A DNA stretch of 64,000 bases from the human T2T-CHM13v2.0 reference genome, Homo sapiens. A program made the translations under genes and the position numbers. The DNA lies in the NCBI RefSeq assembly GCF_009914755.1, contig NC_060936.1; one strand, written 5' to 3'. The notes beneath the pieces were generated by a model, which worked only from the letters and a program-made list of their open reading frames with translations, was not told where the DNA came from and made no database searches. This document shows positions 13,087 to 25,100 of this stretch, piece by piece. Numbering within the stretch: the first letter of the stretch is position 1; each line of letters starts with the position of its first letter.

Positions 13087-15043
13087 TTCCATTACAATTA
13101 AAATATGTTATTCTTTGATATACTGTTAAGAGGATGAAAAGACAAGAAACAGACTGAGATAAAATATTTGCAAAATACATATCTGATCAAGGACTTGTAT
13201 CCAAAAATAGACAAAGAACTTTTAAAACTCAACAATAGAAAAGTAAACCACCCTATTAAAAAATGGGCAAAAGATGTGGACAGATACCTCACCAAAGAGA
13301 ATATACAAATGGGGAATAAACATTTTAAAAAGTCTTATCATCAGACATCATTAGGGAATTGCAAAATAAAACAACGAGATACCACTGTCCGTCTATTAGA
13401 ATGCTTAAAAGTCCCCAAACCTGGCAATATTAAATACTGGGGAGGATTCAGAGGAACGCGAACCCTCATTCATTACTGGTAAGAATGCAACATAAGTCAG
13501 CAACTTAGAAGACACTTTGGCAGGTTTTTTTTTGTTGTTGTCTTTTGCTTTTTTTAAGCATAGTCTTATCATACAATCAAGTGATTGTGCTCCTAAATAT
13601 TGACCCATTGAGTTTAAAACTTAAGTCCATACAAATTCCTGGACATAAATGTTTATAGAAGCTTTATAATCACCCAAAACTGGAAGTAATTCATACACCT
13701 TTTAATATGTGAATGGGAAATGAACTATGACAAATTCACACAATGGAATATTGTTCAGCAATCAAAAGAAGTGAGTTATCAAGACATGAAAAGATATGAA
13801 AGAAACTTAAAGGTACATAGCTAAGTAAAAAATCCCAGTCTCAAAAGGCCATATACTTATATGCTGTATTATTCCCATTACATTACATGCTGGGAAATGG
13901 TGAATTTATAGAGATAGAAAAAAGATCAGTGGTTGCCAGGGGTTTGGGGGTTGGATGGCAGGTGGTGGCGAGGAATAGATGAAGCACAGGGATTTTTATG
14001 GCAATGAAACTGCTCTCTGTATGATATTGTAATATGGGATGCATGACATCATGCATTTGCCAAAACACAAATGCTATGCAACACAGAGAGTGAACCTTAA
14101 AGTAAGAAAAATTTTAAAAAGTTATTGAAGAGGTCAGGTGATCCTAGTAAAGACTAGTAGACCATGACCAGAAAATCTAACTGTATTATAAATATATGAA
14201 ACAACCTCACTGAAAAGGGTGTAGAAAAGGTGCTAACCTGTGTAACTTTAGAAATAAATGGAATTTGTAAGACTAAAGGCAAAACTAACTACAGATAAGC
14301 ACTTTATTCTTGTTGACAGAATTGTTTCCTATTGAAGGTACAGGCTAACAATTCTGATACCACTATACACATATACTTTGAATTGAACAATGAAGTAAAT
14401 GGCCTATGGTGGGAGCCAGGCTTCTTATTGTTGGAATTGGAGGTTACAGACAAGCAAAGGGGAAAGGCTAGAGTGATCTATGTGGTAAAAGAGCTTCCAA
14501 TGTCCAAATATGGAACAATCTGAGCAAGAAAATAGTGTTGGATTAAAACCCAAAGTATAAAACAAATATCCATATTTGTTTATAAATATAAAATAAATAT
14601 TTGAGAAAAACTAGTAAATAGAGGAGAAGAGACAAATGTGTGCAGAATTGCACATCAATTATGTAGACACTCCACCAGTGAGGAGAGGAAGCATAACTCC
14701 CTATTCCCTAAGTGTGGGATGATCATATTAACATCCGTCCAAAGACAGTAGGGACAGAAGGAACACATTTGACAATGGAGAAACCTGACAAACGCTACTT
14801 TAGACAGATGATGAATGTCAACATCAGCAGGCATTTATCATGTTGATATTATACACCCTTGATATAATGTAATGGAAATGGCACTCTACCTCTGTGATCT
14901 TCCTCCTCACAACCCATAACTCTAGTCTCAGCATGAGGAAAACTTCAGACAAATTCCAGTAGAGGGACATTCTGCAATATACCAGACCAATACTTCTCAA
15001 AACTGTCAATGTCATCAAACGTAAGGAAAGTCTGAGAAACTGT
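13087..15043 (+). mobile_element. L1MC3/L1MD-type ORF2-end and 3'UTR segment lacking the terminal end and polyA
   Basis: L1MC-type UTR motifs GTAAGACTAAAGGCAAAA, GGTGGGAGCCAGG, GGAAAGTCTGAGAAACTGT; flanked by 15-bp direct repeat TGAACAGACACTTTT. Confidence 0.8.
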
Positions 15044-15491
15044 TGAACAGACACTTTTCAAAAGAAACATACTTGTGGCCAATAAGCACACGAAAAAAAT
15101 GCTCCACATCATTAATCATTAGAGAAATGCAAATGAAAACCACAATGAGATACCATCTAACTCCAGTCAGAATGGCTATTACTAAGAAGTCAAAAAATAA
15201 CAGATGCTCATGAGGTTACAGAGAAAAGGGAACACTTAGCCACTGCTGGTGGGAATGCAAGTTAGTTTAGCCACTGTGGAAAGCAGTGTGGCGATTTCTT
15301 AAAGAACTTAATACCGAATTACCATTTGACCCAGTAATCCCCTTAGTGGGTATATCCCCAAGTAGTATAAATTGTTCTACCATAAAGACACATACACACA
15401 TATGTTCATCACAGCACTATTCACAATAGCAAAGACATGGAATCAACCTACATGCCACCAATGATAGACTGGATAAAGAAAATGCAGTACA

Positions 15492-15631
15492 ACTGCTCAG
15501 ATGATGAGTGCCCTAAAATCTGAGAAATCACCACTAAAGAATCTATTCTTGTAACTGAAAACCACCTATACCCCCAAACAATTGAAATAATAAAAAAGAA
15601 ACAGCCTAAAAAATAAGAAAAAGTGGAAAGA
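15492..15631 (+). mobile_element. Short L1PB 3'-end insertion inside L1PA15/16
   Basis: AAATCTGAGAAATCACCACTAAAGAA motif plus A-rich tail; TSD AAAGAAAATGCAGTACA/AAAGAAAACGTGGTACA. Confidence 0.8.
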
Positions 15632-16019
15632 AAAGAAAACGTGGTACATATACACCATGGAATACTATGCAGCCATAAAAATAACAAGATCATGTCCTTT
15701 GCAGCAACGTGGATGGAGCTGGAGGCTGTTATCCTAAGCAAACTAACACAGGAACAGAAAACCAAATACTGCATGTTCTCACTCGTAAGTGGGAGCTAAA
15801 CATTGAATACCTACGGACGTAAAGAAGAAACCAGCAGACACCGGGTGAAGGGAGGGAAGAGGGTGAGGATGGAAAAACGACCTATCAGGTACTATGCTTA
15901 TAACTTGGGTGATGAAATAATCTGTACACCAAATCCCCGTGACACACAATTTACCTATATAACAAACCTGCACATGTACCCCTGAACCTAAAACAAAAGT
16001 AATAAAAATAAAAATAAAT

Positions 16020-16155
16020 CTCACACCCTCTTGGACCTTGCTCTCCCGTCCAGCTGCTGCACCACTTCCACTTCCCTGCTCAGGAAAGCTCCTGGGAAGC
16101 ACTGCCCACGCCGGCTGCCTCCTACTTCTTGTCCTTATTCCTCCAGTCAAAGCCC
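16020..16155 (+). mobile_element. L2a segment 2
   Basis: CCCTCTTGGACCTTGCTCTCCCGTCCAGCTGC continues the L2 from 12880. Confidence 0.6.
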
Positions 16156-16159
16156 TCCC

Positions 16160-16630
16160 TCTGCATGCCCATTGGACCTCCGCCAGGAGCTGTCAGGGAG
16201 CCATGGGGACTGGCAAGTCTGGGGTTTAGGCTGAGGTTCAGGCTGATGATATCCACTTGGGAGTCGTTGCCAGAGAGGTGGTCATTAAAGCCGTGAGAAG
16301 AGATGGACCCCCCGATTGGGGGTGGAGGTGGACATGAGAGGGCTGGCCTGGGCTCTGGGTGCTCCAGGGTCCTCTGGTCCAGGGGAAGAGGAGGGCCCAG
16401 TAGGCCCTGGGAGAGAGCAGCTTATAGGGCAGAAGGAAAAGCAAAGGGTGGCTTCCTGAAGCCAAGGGGAAATCACGTCTAAGGACAAGGAAATTCTTCC
16501 CAGGGCCACAGAGGGCTGAACGCTCCAGCAGGGAGAAGACTGAGGACCAGCATTGGGTTCTGCAGGCAGAGGCCCATGGGGACCTTGATGGCAGCAAAGC
16601 CGGTGGGCATGGGGTCGGGGCAGGAGCTGC
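16160..16630 (-). mobile_element. L2a segment 3 (inverted)
   Basis: Reverse complement reads ATCAAGGTCCCCATGG..TTGGCTTC..GGCTTTAATGACCAC..GACTCCCAAGTGGATATC, the next stretch of L2. Confidence 0.65.
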
Positions 16631-16633
16631 AGA

Positions 16634-16739
16634 CAGCCCAGGGAGACCCATTTCAGACTTTGTGAGAGCGTGAGCTGGTGGCGTTTTAATCACCATGACA
16701 TTTGCAGTCATTTATTACAACAGCAGCAGGAAACAAACA
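16634..16739 (+). mobile_element. MLT1C/D LTR 3' fragment
   Basis: AGCCCAGGGAGACCCATTTCAGACTT...TTATTACAACAGCAGCAGGAAACAAACA. Confidence 0.65.
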
Positions 16740-16809
16740 GTGCTCATGATGTCCACATGTCATGAGTGGAGGGTACAACTCACCGACTCCTCTGCAGCTG
16801 GTTAAAAAT

Positions 16810-17285
16810 TATAGATAAGGAGATTATAAAGGGAGATAGATAGATGAATGATAGGTAGAGAGATGAATAGATAGATAGACAATAGGTAGATGATAGATGA
16901 ATAGATAGATGATAGGAAGATAGATGATAGACAGGTAGATAGATAACAGGTTGACAGACGATCGATGAGGAGATAGATAGATAGATACAGATAGATTATA
17001 GATAGGTAGATATATGGATAGATAGGTAGATGATAGGTAGATGAATAGATAGATGATAGATACATACATAGATACATGGATGGATAGATAGAGCTGGATA
17101 GATAGGTAGAAGATAGATGAAGGTAGGTAGATAGATGATAGATGAATAAATAGACATAGATAACTTATAGACAGATAGGTGATACATGATAGATGGACAG
17201 ATAGATGATAGATGACAGGTAGGTAGGTAGAGCTGGATAGATGATAGGTGATAGATAGATAGACAGATATTAATATAGATAGAGA
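16810..17285. repeat. Complex (AGAT/GATA)n microsatellite, about 470 bp
   Basis: Seen directly. Confidence 0.95.
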
Positions 17286-17650
17286 TGATGATAGAGGGGA
17301 TAGTGATGGAGATGCAGGTGTGGTGTAGACCAAGTTGTAGATATGAACACACATGCAGCCTCCAGGCTGGATGGAGATGATGGTAGAGGTGACAACGATG
17401 GAGACATAGGTGTGGGTGTGTAGACTGGGTTGTAGATATGAACACACGTGCAGCCTCCGGGCTGGATGGAGATGATGATAGAGGTAATAGTGATGGAGAT
17501 GTAGGTGTGGGTGTGGTGTAGACCAGGTTGTGGATATGGACATACAGCCTCCTACCTGGATATAGATGACGATAGAAGTGACAGCGATGGAAATGCAGGT
17601 GTGGTGTAGACCGAGTTGTAGATATGGACACACATGCAGCCTCCAGGCCG
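17283..17650. repeat. Minisatellite, 4 x ~94 bp
   Basis: CAGCCTCC anchor near 17356, 17451, 17545 and 17637. Confidence 0.9.
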
Positions 17651-18290
17651 GCATCATTGCTTCTGCTCTTGGTAGCTGCCGCAGCTGCCTGTCCACACAG
17701 CAGCCCTGGTGGTCCTGTAACAGCCCCATCATTTCCTGTCACTCCTCTGCTCCTCACTTCCAGTAACTCCCCACCTGACTTAGAGCAGAGGCCGTGGCAC
17801 CGGCAGGGTCCACACAGCCTCGTGTGATCCGGGCCTCAGCCCCTCCTGCTTTCCTCTTGGCTAATTCTGCTCTAGTTTCCACAGATCCTTCCAGGGCCAG
17901 GTTGGCCTACCTCGGGGCCTCAGCAGGTGCTGTCTCCTCAGCTGGGATGCTCCTCCCTCCAACCTTTGCCCAGCTGGTCCCCTTTCCTCCTTAAACCCTG
18001 CTCTCATGTCACCTTCCCCAGGAGGCCTCTTCTGCAATCGCTGTCCAGAATTTCAGCCTGTGAACCCAGCTCCCTGTCTTCATTGCTTTTATGTCTCCAG
18101 AACCCTGTCCTCATCTAGCACATGAGAGACGCTAACTGGGATCACACTGAACACCTGTGTCCATGCCTGCAAGGGTGGGTCAGGGAGGCAGGGGTCTGTG
18201 TGTCTCATTCTGCGTTGGCATCTCAGTGCCTTGAGCAGCACCTGGCACACAGTAGGGGCACAGGAGTCACTTGTTGAATGAATGAATAAA
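17650..18290 (+). mobile_element. L2a 3' end
   Basis: CCTGGCACACAGTAGG...TTGTTGAATGAATGAAT terminus. Confidence 0.8.
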
Positions 18291-19219
18291 ATTATAATTT
18301 ATCAGCTGGGTTTATTATAAACACAGTATGGTCATGACAATAGATTAGAAGGTTCTTTTTAGGATAAAAGAAGAAAGAGATGATATACTCAATGGACTTT
18401 GGCGAGCTTAGCACTACAGCGTGCTGAAAACCCAAATAAAGAAGCGTCCTTATTCCTTTACATACAGTCCTCTTTTAATGTATCATCAAGAATTGTGTTA
18501 TTTGGGGACACAGAAAAATTCAAACACTTTGATCATGATCCATTCATTGACTTTTCAAGAAGAACCTTAGAAGGGATTTTGACTGTGTTTGATGTACCTG
18601 ATTAGAAAGCAAAGCCTCCCCTACCTAAACTTCCATTGTAAAAGCCCAAATCTCACAGAAGTGCATCCTGCAGACTTCAATGGGTTCGTCCAAGGAGCAG
18701 GTTTTGTTCATTTGGAAGAAAATAGTATTTGCAGGATTTTGAGAGCACATAAGTTCAGCACTACTGGGTTCAAATATGCGCAACAGACCCACCCACTCCG
18801 ATGTGTGCTCCCTTCCATCTCAGAAAGGGACAGGAGTCCTGCCACTTCCAGCTCCCACTCCACTTGACAGTCACCCGTTTCCAATCTCAGGAGTCTAGGA
18901 TGGTCTCACTTCGATCTTTCATAAGAAGGGAGAGTATTGCCCACTCATAAGAAGGGAGACTGTTGCCCATTTGGATGGGAGCATGCATTTTCCATGGTGC
19001 AGTGCAGATGGGCATGGCCGCAGAGCACCAGCTCCCATCCTCTCTCCCCTCTCTATGCTGTTTACCGTTCCAGGGCTGAGGGCCCTGGTTACAATTCCTT
19101 GACACCCACTGGCAGAGTGAGGTGCTTCATAAGTACACACTAAGTATTGCTCAGTGATCCCAATAACTGCCCCAAACAGCAAATGCAGGGTGAAAGCGAG
19201 CACAAGGGATTCTCCATAA

Positions 19220-19450
19220 ATAATAATAATAACAGCCTTTATTATCTCCCAGGTGCCTCCTTGGTGACAGGCCCTCTACATGCTGTCCCCATTACATCTT
19301 CCTGACAACACGAGGTAGAGGTGGCTCCTGATTATAGACCAGGAATCTCAGGCTCAGAAGAACCCGGGAGCTACCCAAAGCCCTCAGCAGTTGAGTGCAA
19401 GAGCTGCAAGTGTGAACCTGGACTCTGTCTCCCAGGGTCACGGTCACAAC
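19220..19450 (-). mobile_element. MIR
   Basis: AATAATAATAACAGC..AGGCTCAGA..GAACCTGGACTCTG. Confidence 0.6.
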
Positions 19451-19539
19451 CCATATATGAACATACCACTAACCTTTGAAGGTCTTCTGTGTATGATTCA
19501 AACTGAGCCTCAGAAAGACACCATGCGGTGGCTGTTTAA

Positions 19540-19958
19540 TGTCTCGTGTTTCCTCATGCTTCTGTAACAAGGTAGCACAAATGCAGTGACTTAAAACAAC
19601 AGAAATTTGTTTCTCATATTTATGGAGACCAGAAGTCCAAGATTGAGGTGCCACTGGAGTTGGTTTCTCTGGAGACTCTGAGAGACAGTCTGTCCCACAC
19701 CTCTCTATAGTGCCTGGAATTTCCAGCAATCCTCACTGCTCCTTGGCCGGTAGACACCTCACTTCCATCTGTCTCCCTCTTCACATGATGCTGGCCTCTG
19801 TGTCTCTTTGTGTCCAAATTCTTTTCTTCTTCTAAGGACCCCGATCACTGGATTAGGGCCCACCCCTCATCTTTACGAATCACATCTGGAAAGACCCTCT
19901 TTCCAAACAAGGTCCATTCTGTGTTTCCTGGTGAGCATGAATTTTCAAACCAGCACAA
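19540..19958 (-). mobile_element. MLT1B/C MaLR LTR
   Basis: CTGTAACAA..GACTTAAAACAACAGAAATTT..CAGAAGTCCAAGAT..GGATTAGGGCCCACCC. Confidence 0.85.
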
Positions 19959-20769
19959 TTATTATACCTCCAATTATCCCCATTTCATAGATCAGGAGAA
20001 TTAGAGGAGCTGGACTTTTACAAAGTTGCTTTGCCCAACTGACATATGGACTGAAGCCAAGGCTTTCTAACCCATGGTCTGGTCTTCTGCTGCTTGTCTT
20101 AAAAACAGCGACAGTCCAAGGGGTTCGCATTCTGCAAGAGCATGCTGGGCAGAGATGGATTTTACTCACCAGAAACTGAAGTGACTTACTTGCAGCCATG
20201 ATCCGGAAGAGAAGCTTCATGATGTGGTTTTATGAGGATCTTGTATCTCCCTCTTACCCAGAAGTAAACACCTTCACTTGACCTTCTGCGGCTCCATCCA
20301 CTGTCACACACGTAAACACCCCGTCCAGTAATACACTCCAACCCAAATGCAGACAGGAAGATGTTCCTAAATAATGGTATTCCTCGGGATACTCTCATTT
20401 CACAAGAAAGTCGTCAGATGGCCTAATTCCCAATTTCACATAATAATTCCACAGGGGTGATTTCTGGCATATCTCTTATCTCTACAGAAGAAAGCAAGCA
20501 GGGTCCCTCTATCAGGGCCCACAGATGTGTGCTTTGAGGAGCTGGAAAAAATGTAAGCTGGAGTCCCTCGGCTTTCCCAGCGGCCTTTAAGTCCTTTCAG
20601 GAGGAGCCTGCCGCTCCCTGGCAGGGATTTGCGGTCTTTGCCTTTGTGAACAACTTTACTGCTCACTTCAGGATGGCATTGCAACATCTTCTTTCTTCGT
20701 GCTCAGAATCCCTCAAGATTGAATTTTGTTTTAAGATCCCATCAGTGTTGAGAAATGTTGGTAAATACA

Positions 20770-20965
20770 ACAACATTCATAGCAAACTTTGATGGAATAT
20801 CTGCTGTTTATCACAAACTCATCTGGGAACTTTACACATATTGTTTAAGTTAATTTTCAGGCAACCCCTATGAGTCAATTACTATTATTATTCCCAATCT
20901 ACAAATAAGTAAAATAAAGTTCAGAGAATATAAGGAACATGAAAAGGTCATACAGCTAAAAGGTA
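20770..20965 (-). mobile_element. MIR
   Basis: AACCCCTATGAG..TACTATTATTATTCCCAAT..AAGGTCATACAGCTA. Confidence 0.7.
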
Positions 20966-21419
20966 CAAGAGTCATGAAGGTAAGGTTTTTTGCAATGCAT
21001 GGTCACATGTAAAAGAAACTGTCATATGAAGTTAAAGTATAAAAATTTAATTCCACTAGTAAAATACCATGACAGGATGACTTAGTGATCTCCAAAATCA
21101 TCACAGTTGAAAAACGTCTTGCTCTGTATTCACTACCTGGATAACTGTGAAGACTTTTTCTGTGCATTTTTTAAAAATAAAAACCTATTGCCTGGATTTA
21201 ACTTTTCTGCATCATTCTTTTGTCCTAAATGTCTGCCAACTGCATTGCTACCACAATGTTATTAAGATGCTTAGATTCAAATTGAGATAGTTCCAAGGAC
21301 TTTATTAATTAGCCCATCTAGGAATTTGGATGAATGTTCTATGCAGGTTCTTCCTGCACAGAATCCCTCTAGATTTAATTTTGTTTTAAGATTACCCTAC
21401 ATGTACATGTAAAGGTGAT

Positions 21420-21620
21420 TTGCCAAATCACCATTCAACAATATTACCGTCATAATTGTTTCCGACAATAATCATCAAGGGATGCTGAAACTAGTGGGTG
21501 AAAGTTCGATGAGAAACAGGATACTTGCAGAGTCTCAAAGTGTTTCCCTGCAAGATACTCATAACTCACAAAGGGAAAAATAGTCACTTTGCATTAGAGA
21601 AATCTCATGGTCCCCACCTG
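21420..21620 (+). mobile_element. L1MC4 3' fragment
   Basis: GATGCTGAAACTAGTGGGTGAAAGTTCGATGAGAAACAGGATA. Confidence 0.7.
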
Positions 21621-22552
21621 GGGACAAGGGCGATATTTTTCATGTAACCAACATTTACCACCCGCCAAAGAGGACACAAAGCAGAATTAAATATTATCCT
21701 CGACCCCAGATCATTTAGAATAACCATCAATCATCGTTACATTTCTCCTGGTGTAAAGGATGTTTGAGGTTAAGCCAACTTTTTTCACTTCTTGAAAGAT
21801 TAAAAGGGTAGGTATGAAGGGTGGGGGCTGATGGGTGCAGGACGAGGTTGCATAATGAAGGTGTACAGCTTTACTCCCAGGAGGCACAAGTTGAAACCTG
21901 GAGAGAAACCCAGTGAGGTCATGTTAATGCCAAGCCCTTTTCCTGTGAAGAGCTGGGCAAACAAGACTCCCCCATCAAGCCGAGAACTTCCCCAATAAGA
22001 GGACTTACACAGTCATGAAGGGTGCCACATTTTCCTCACCGATGACATGTAAAGATGTTAATAACAGGAACTATATCTTATTTATTTATCGGTCTTGCAC
22101 TGCCCATAATATTTGGTATCCTGGAGAAACTCAACGGATGCTTTTTGAACGTGCTAATTAATAAAGTCCTTGGAACTACCTTAATTTGAATCTAAGCTTC
22201 CTAGTAACAATTCCCATTGTGGTAGTAATGCAGTGGCCAGACATTTAACATGATGAAATGCAGTGGAAAAATTAAGTCCAAGTGATAGGTCTTTATTTTT
22301 TTTAAATGCACAGAAGGAGGCTTCATAGTATACCACGTAGTGAATATAGAGCAAGATGTTTTTCAGCTGTGATGATTTTAGAGATCACTAACTAAATCAT
22401 CCTGTCATGGTGTTATACTAGTGAAACTAAATTTTTATATTTTAGGTTTACATAACAACCCAATTTCTAATTGAGCTTTTTTTCTTACCTTCTGTCTTCA
22501 AATTACATTCTCATTTTTATATCGTAGTAGGTTGTAGCATCTATGAAACACT

Positions 22553-22700
22553 GATTCATTTATTGAATAAATATTTACTGAATACTCACTCTGTCCCTGG
22601 CATCTATTGGACACTATGGGAAATGTTAGTAAACAAGACAAATCTGCTCACAGAAAGCTAAAATTCAAAAGGCAGAAACAAACATTGAAGAAAGATTTAC
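22553..22700 (-). mobile_element. L2 3' end
   Basis: TTCATTTATTGAATAAATATTTACTGAATAC. Confidence 0.65.
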
Positions 22701-22807
22701 AAATGTGGGCATTAGGCCAGGCAGTAGGTACAGGAAATGCCAAGGTGGTAAAAAGTGGTCCCTGCCCTCCAAGAGACTCACGGGTTCCTTAGGGGTAAAG
22801 AAACTAG

Positions 22808-23214
22808 TAGTGATGATGGTAGTGATGATGGTGATGATGATGGTGATGATGGTGAGCATGATGGTGATGATGGTGAAGATGGTGATGATGATGGTGATGG
22901 TGATGTGATGATGGTGGTGATGATGGTGATGGTGGTGATGGTGACGGTGGTGATGATGATGGTGATGGTGATGTGATGATGATGGTGATGATGGTGATGG
23001 TGGTGATGGTGGTGATGGTGACGGTGGTGATGATAGTGATGTGATGATGATGGTGATGGTGGTGATGATGTGATGATGGTGATGGTGATGATGATAGTGA
23101 TGATGGTGATGGTGGTGATGATGGTGATGATGGTGATGGTGGTGATGATGATGGTGATGGTGATGATGGTAATAATGATGGTGGTAGTGATGGTGATGAT
23201 GGTAATGATAATGG
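22808..23214. repeat. (GAT/GGT)n cryptic trinucleotide repeat, about 400 bp
   Basis: Seen directly; nearly C-free on the + strand. Confidence 0.95.
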
Positions 23215-24589
23215 CAGAAGGAAGTGGAGGGGGAGGAACAAGAGAAAAAGAAGGAGGAGGAGGAGGGGGAAAGAAAACTGCCACACCTTTCAGAGCAGAA
23301 TTAACATGAGCTTAAATATCAGAAAAATCTGTTTTCCAGCCCTCGTTTTTCTCCTTACCAAGAGGGATATCTTTACACAAATTAGTTAATGTCCCTGCTC
23401 CTTAATTTTCTTGTCTCTAAAATTGAGATTCTAATACCTATTTTTCAAGGCCATCGATAAGGAAACAGTAGAGAGATTAATTATCTAAATATTTTAAAAC
23501 CAACAAAGTGCTCTCAAAAAGGATGTTTGATCAAAAAAACATGTTAACACGTGCCTCCCTTTCTTGCTCCAAATCCCCAGAAACTACAGGAAAATATAAT
23601 ATATATTTAAAAATATCTAAATATCTGTAGAAAACAATAACAATGCCATCAGTAGAAGAGAAAACTTCCAGAAACACCTGAAAATGAGCAGTTGGGATTG
23701 GGTGAATCAGATCAAAGTCTGGGCTGGTGTCCAGTGCTCCACCAGGAGCTACTGGCTATGAAGATGGTGAAGGAGACCGCACCCCAGAGAGCCCACAGGT
23801 GGTAGAGACGGAACTGAATGTGTGCCCAGACTCTTGTTTGGTGGGGTGAAGCTATTGATTAATATTAGACATTAATAAAAATTTAAAATTGAATATGATG
23901 GTTAAAAATTTAAATTACCTCTAGAAAAATATAACTAGTATGTATAACTACTAAAGCAGTTGTTTATAAAAAGTTAAATGGAATAAATGAGACTTGCTTA
24001 GCTCAACTTTTAAAAAACAAAACGTGGAAAAGAAACAACATAAAATAAACAGAAATACAAGCATGTAAGGACATCATGAGATAATAAACACTATTCACCC
24101 AATTCCCCTATAAAAGGAAAGACACCTTCAACTTGGGTACAAATAGAAACTCAGCTACATGCTGTTTACAAAAGGGATATCAAGGATGAAGTAAGTTTAA
24201 AAGGGAAGGGATATAAAAATGCAATATTAATTTAGACCAATGAATTCAAAGTAAAAAGCCAAAGAAGAATATTCAGATTACCAGAGGTATAATCATTGAA
24301 AAAATATGACAATCGCAAAGTCTTATGCCCAAAAGTTATGGGCTAATCTTATATATAATTATAAATAGACAAAATATTAGCATACTGAGTCTAGTAACAC
24401 ATTAAAAGGATAATATATCATGTCAAGGTTGAACTTATTTATCCCAGAAGTCTTTAGAATGATCATAAAGAAAGGGATGGAAAACTATAAAAGAATAGAA
24501 CACCTTAAAAATGTGTGGATTTGCAAAAGAAGCATGTAGAAATTCTAAGATTAAAAAAATATTGTTGGAAATAAAACAGTCAACGGATG

Positions 24590-25100
24590 TGAAGTAGGAG
24601 GCGGGGCATAGCTCTGGAGGCAGGGTCCGCACTCCAGACCAGATCAAAGACTGGCTGAAAAACAGGAAGGAGGTGAAAGCAGCCCTTCATAAGACACGCC
24701 CACCAGTGCAATGTCAGTTTACCATTGCCATGGGAACACCCATAAGACACGCCTACCAGTGTTATGTCAGTTTACCATTGCCATGGCAACACCCAGAAGT
24801 TACTGCCCCTTTTGCAAGACAACGACCCAGAAGTTCCCACCCTTTTTCTAGAAATTTCTGAATAAGCTCACCCTTGTCTAGGATGGAATTAAAAGTAGAT
24901 ATAAATATGGCTGCAGAACTGCCCTGGGCTGCTGCTCTCAGGCACTGCCTGTGGGCCCTGCTCTGCTGTGGTGTGGTGGTCACGGGGCTGCTACCCTGCA
25001 CCTCCATAAAGCTGCTTCCTCCTACCACCAGCTCGCTCCTAAGCACAGCCAAAATCCTTCCCGGGCTAAGCCCAGTGTGGGGTTCGCCTGCCCTGCTTCA
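24590..25100 (+). mobile_element. MER66 ERV1 solo LTR inserted in an old L1 remnant
   Basis: TGAAGTAGGAGGCGGG...GCCTGCCCTGCTTCA; 4-bp TSD GATG/GACG. Confidence 0.8.

Larger units (their letters stand above)
12890..16019 (+). mobile_element. L1PA15/16 3' portion hosting two nested inserts
   Basis: AAGAGCTTCTGCACAGCAAAAGAAAC start; 3' end ACCTGCACATGTACCCCTGAACCTAAAA plus A-tail; AAAATAAAAATAA on both flanks. Confidence 0.85.

Noticed and set aside
16824-17757. 302-aa and 253-aa minus-strand ORFs
   Set aside because: Translations of the AGAT microsatellite and 94-bp minisatellite (YLSI/HLH repeats); no coding signature
22705-23309. Poly-His, poly-Met/Val and Asp/Gly ORFs
   Set aside because: Frames of the GAT/GGT repeat
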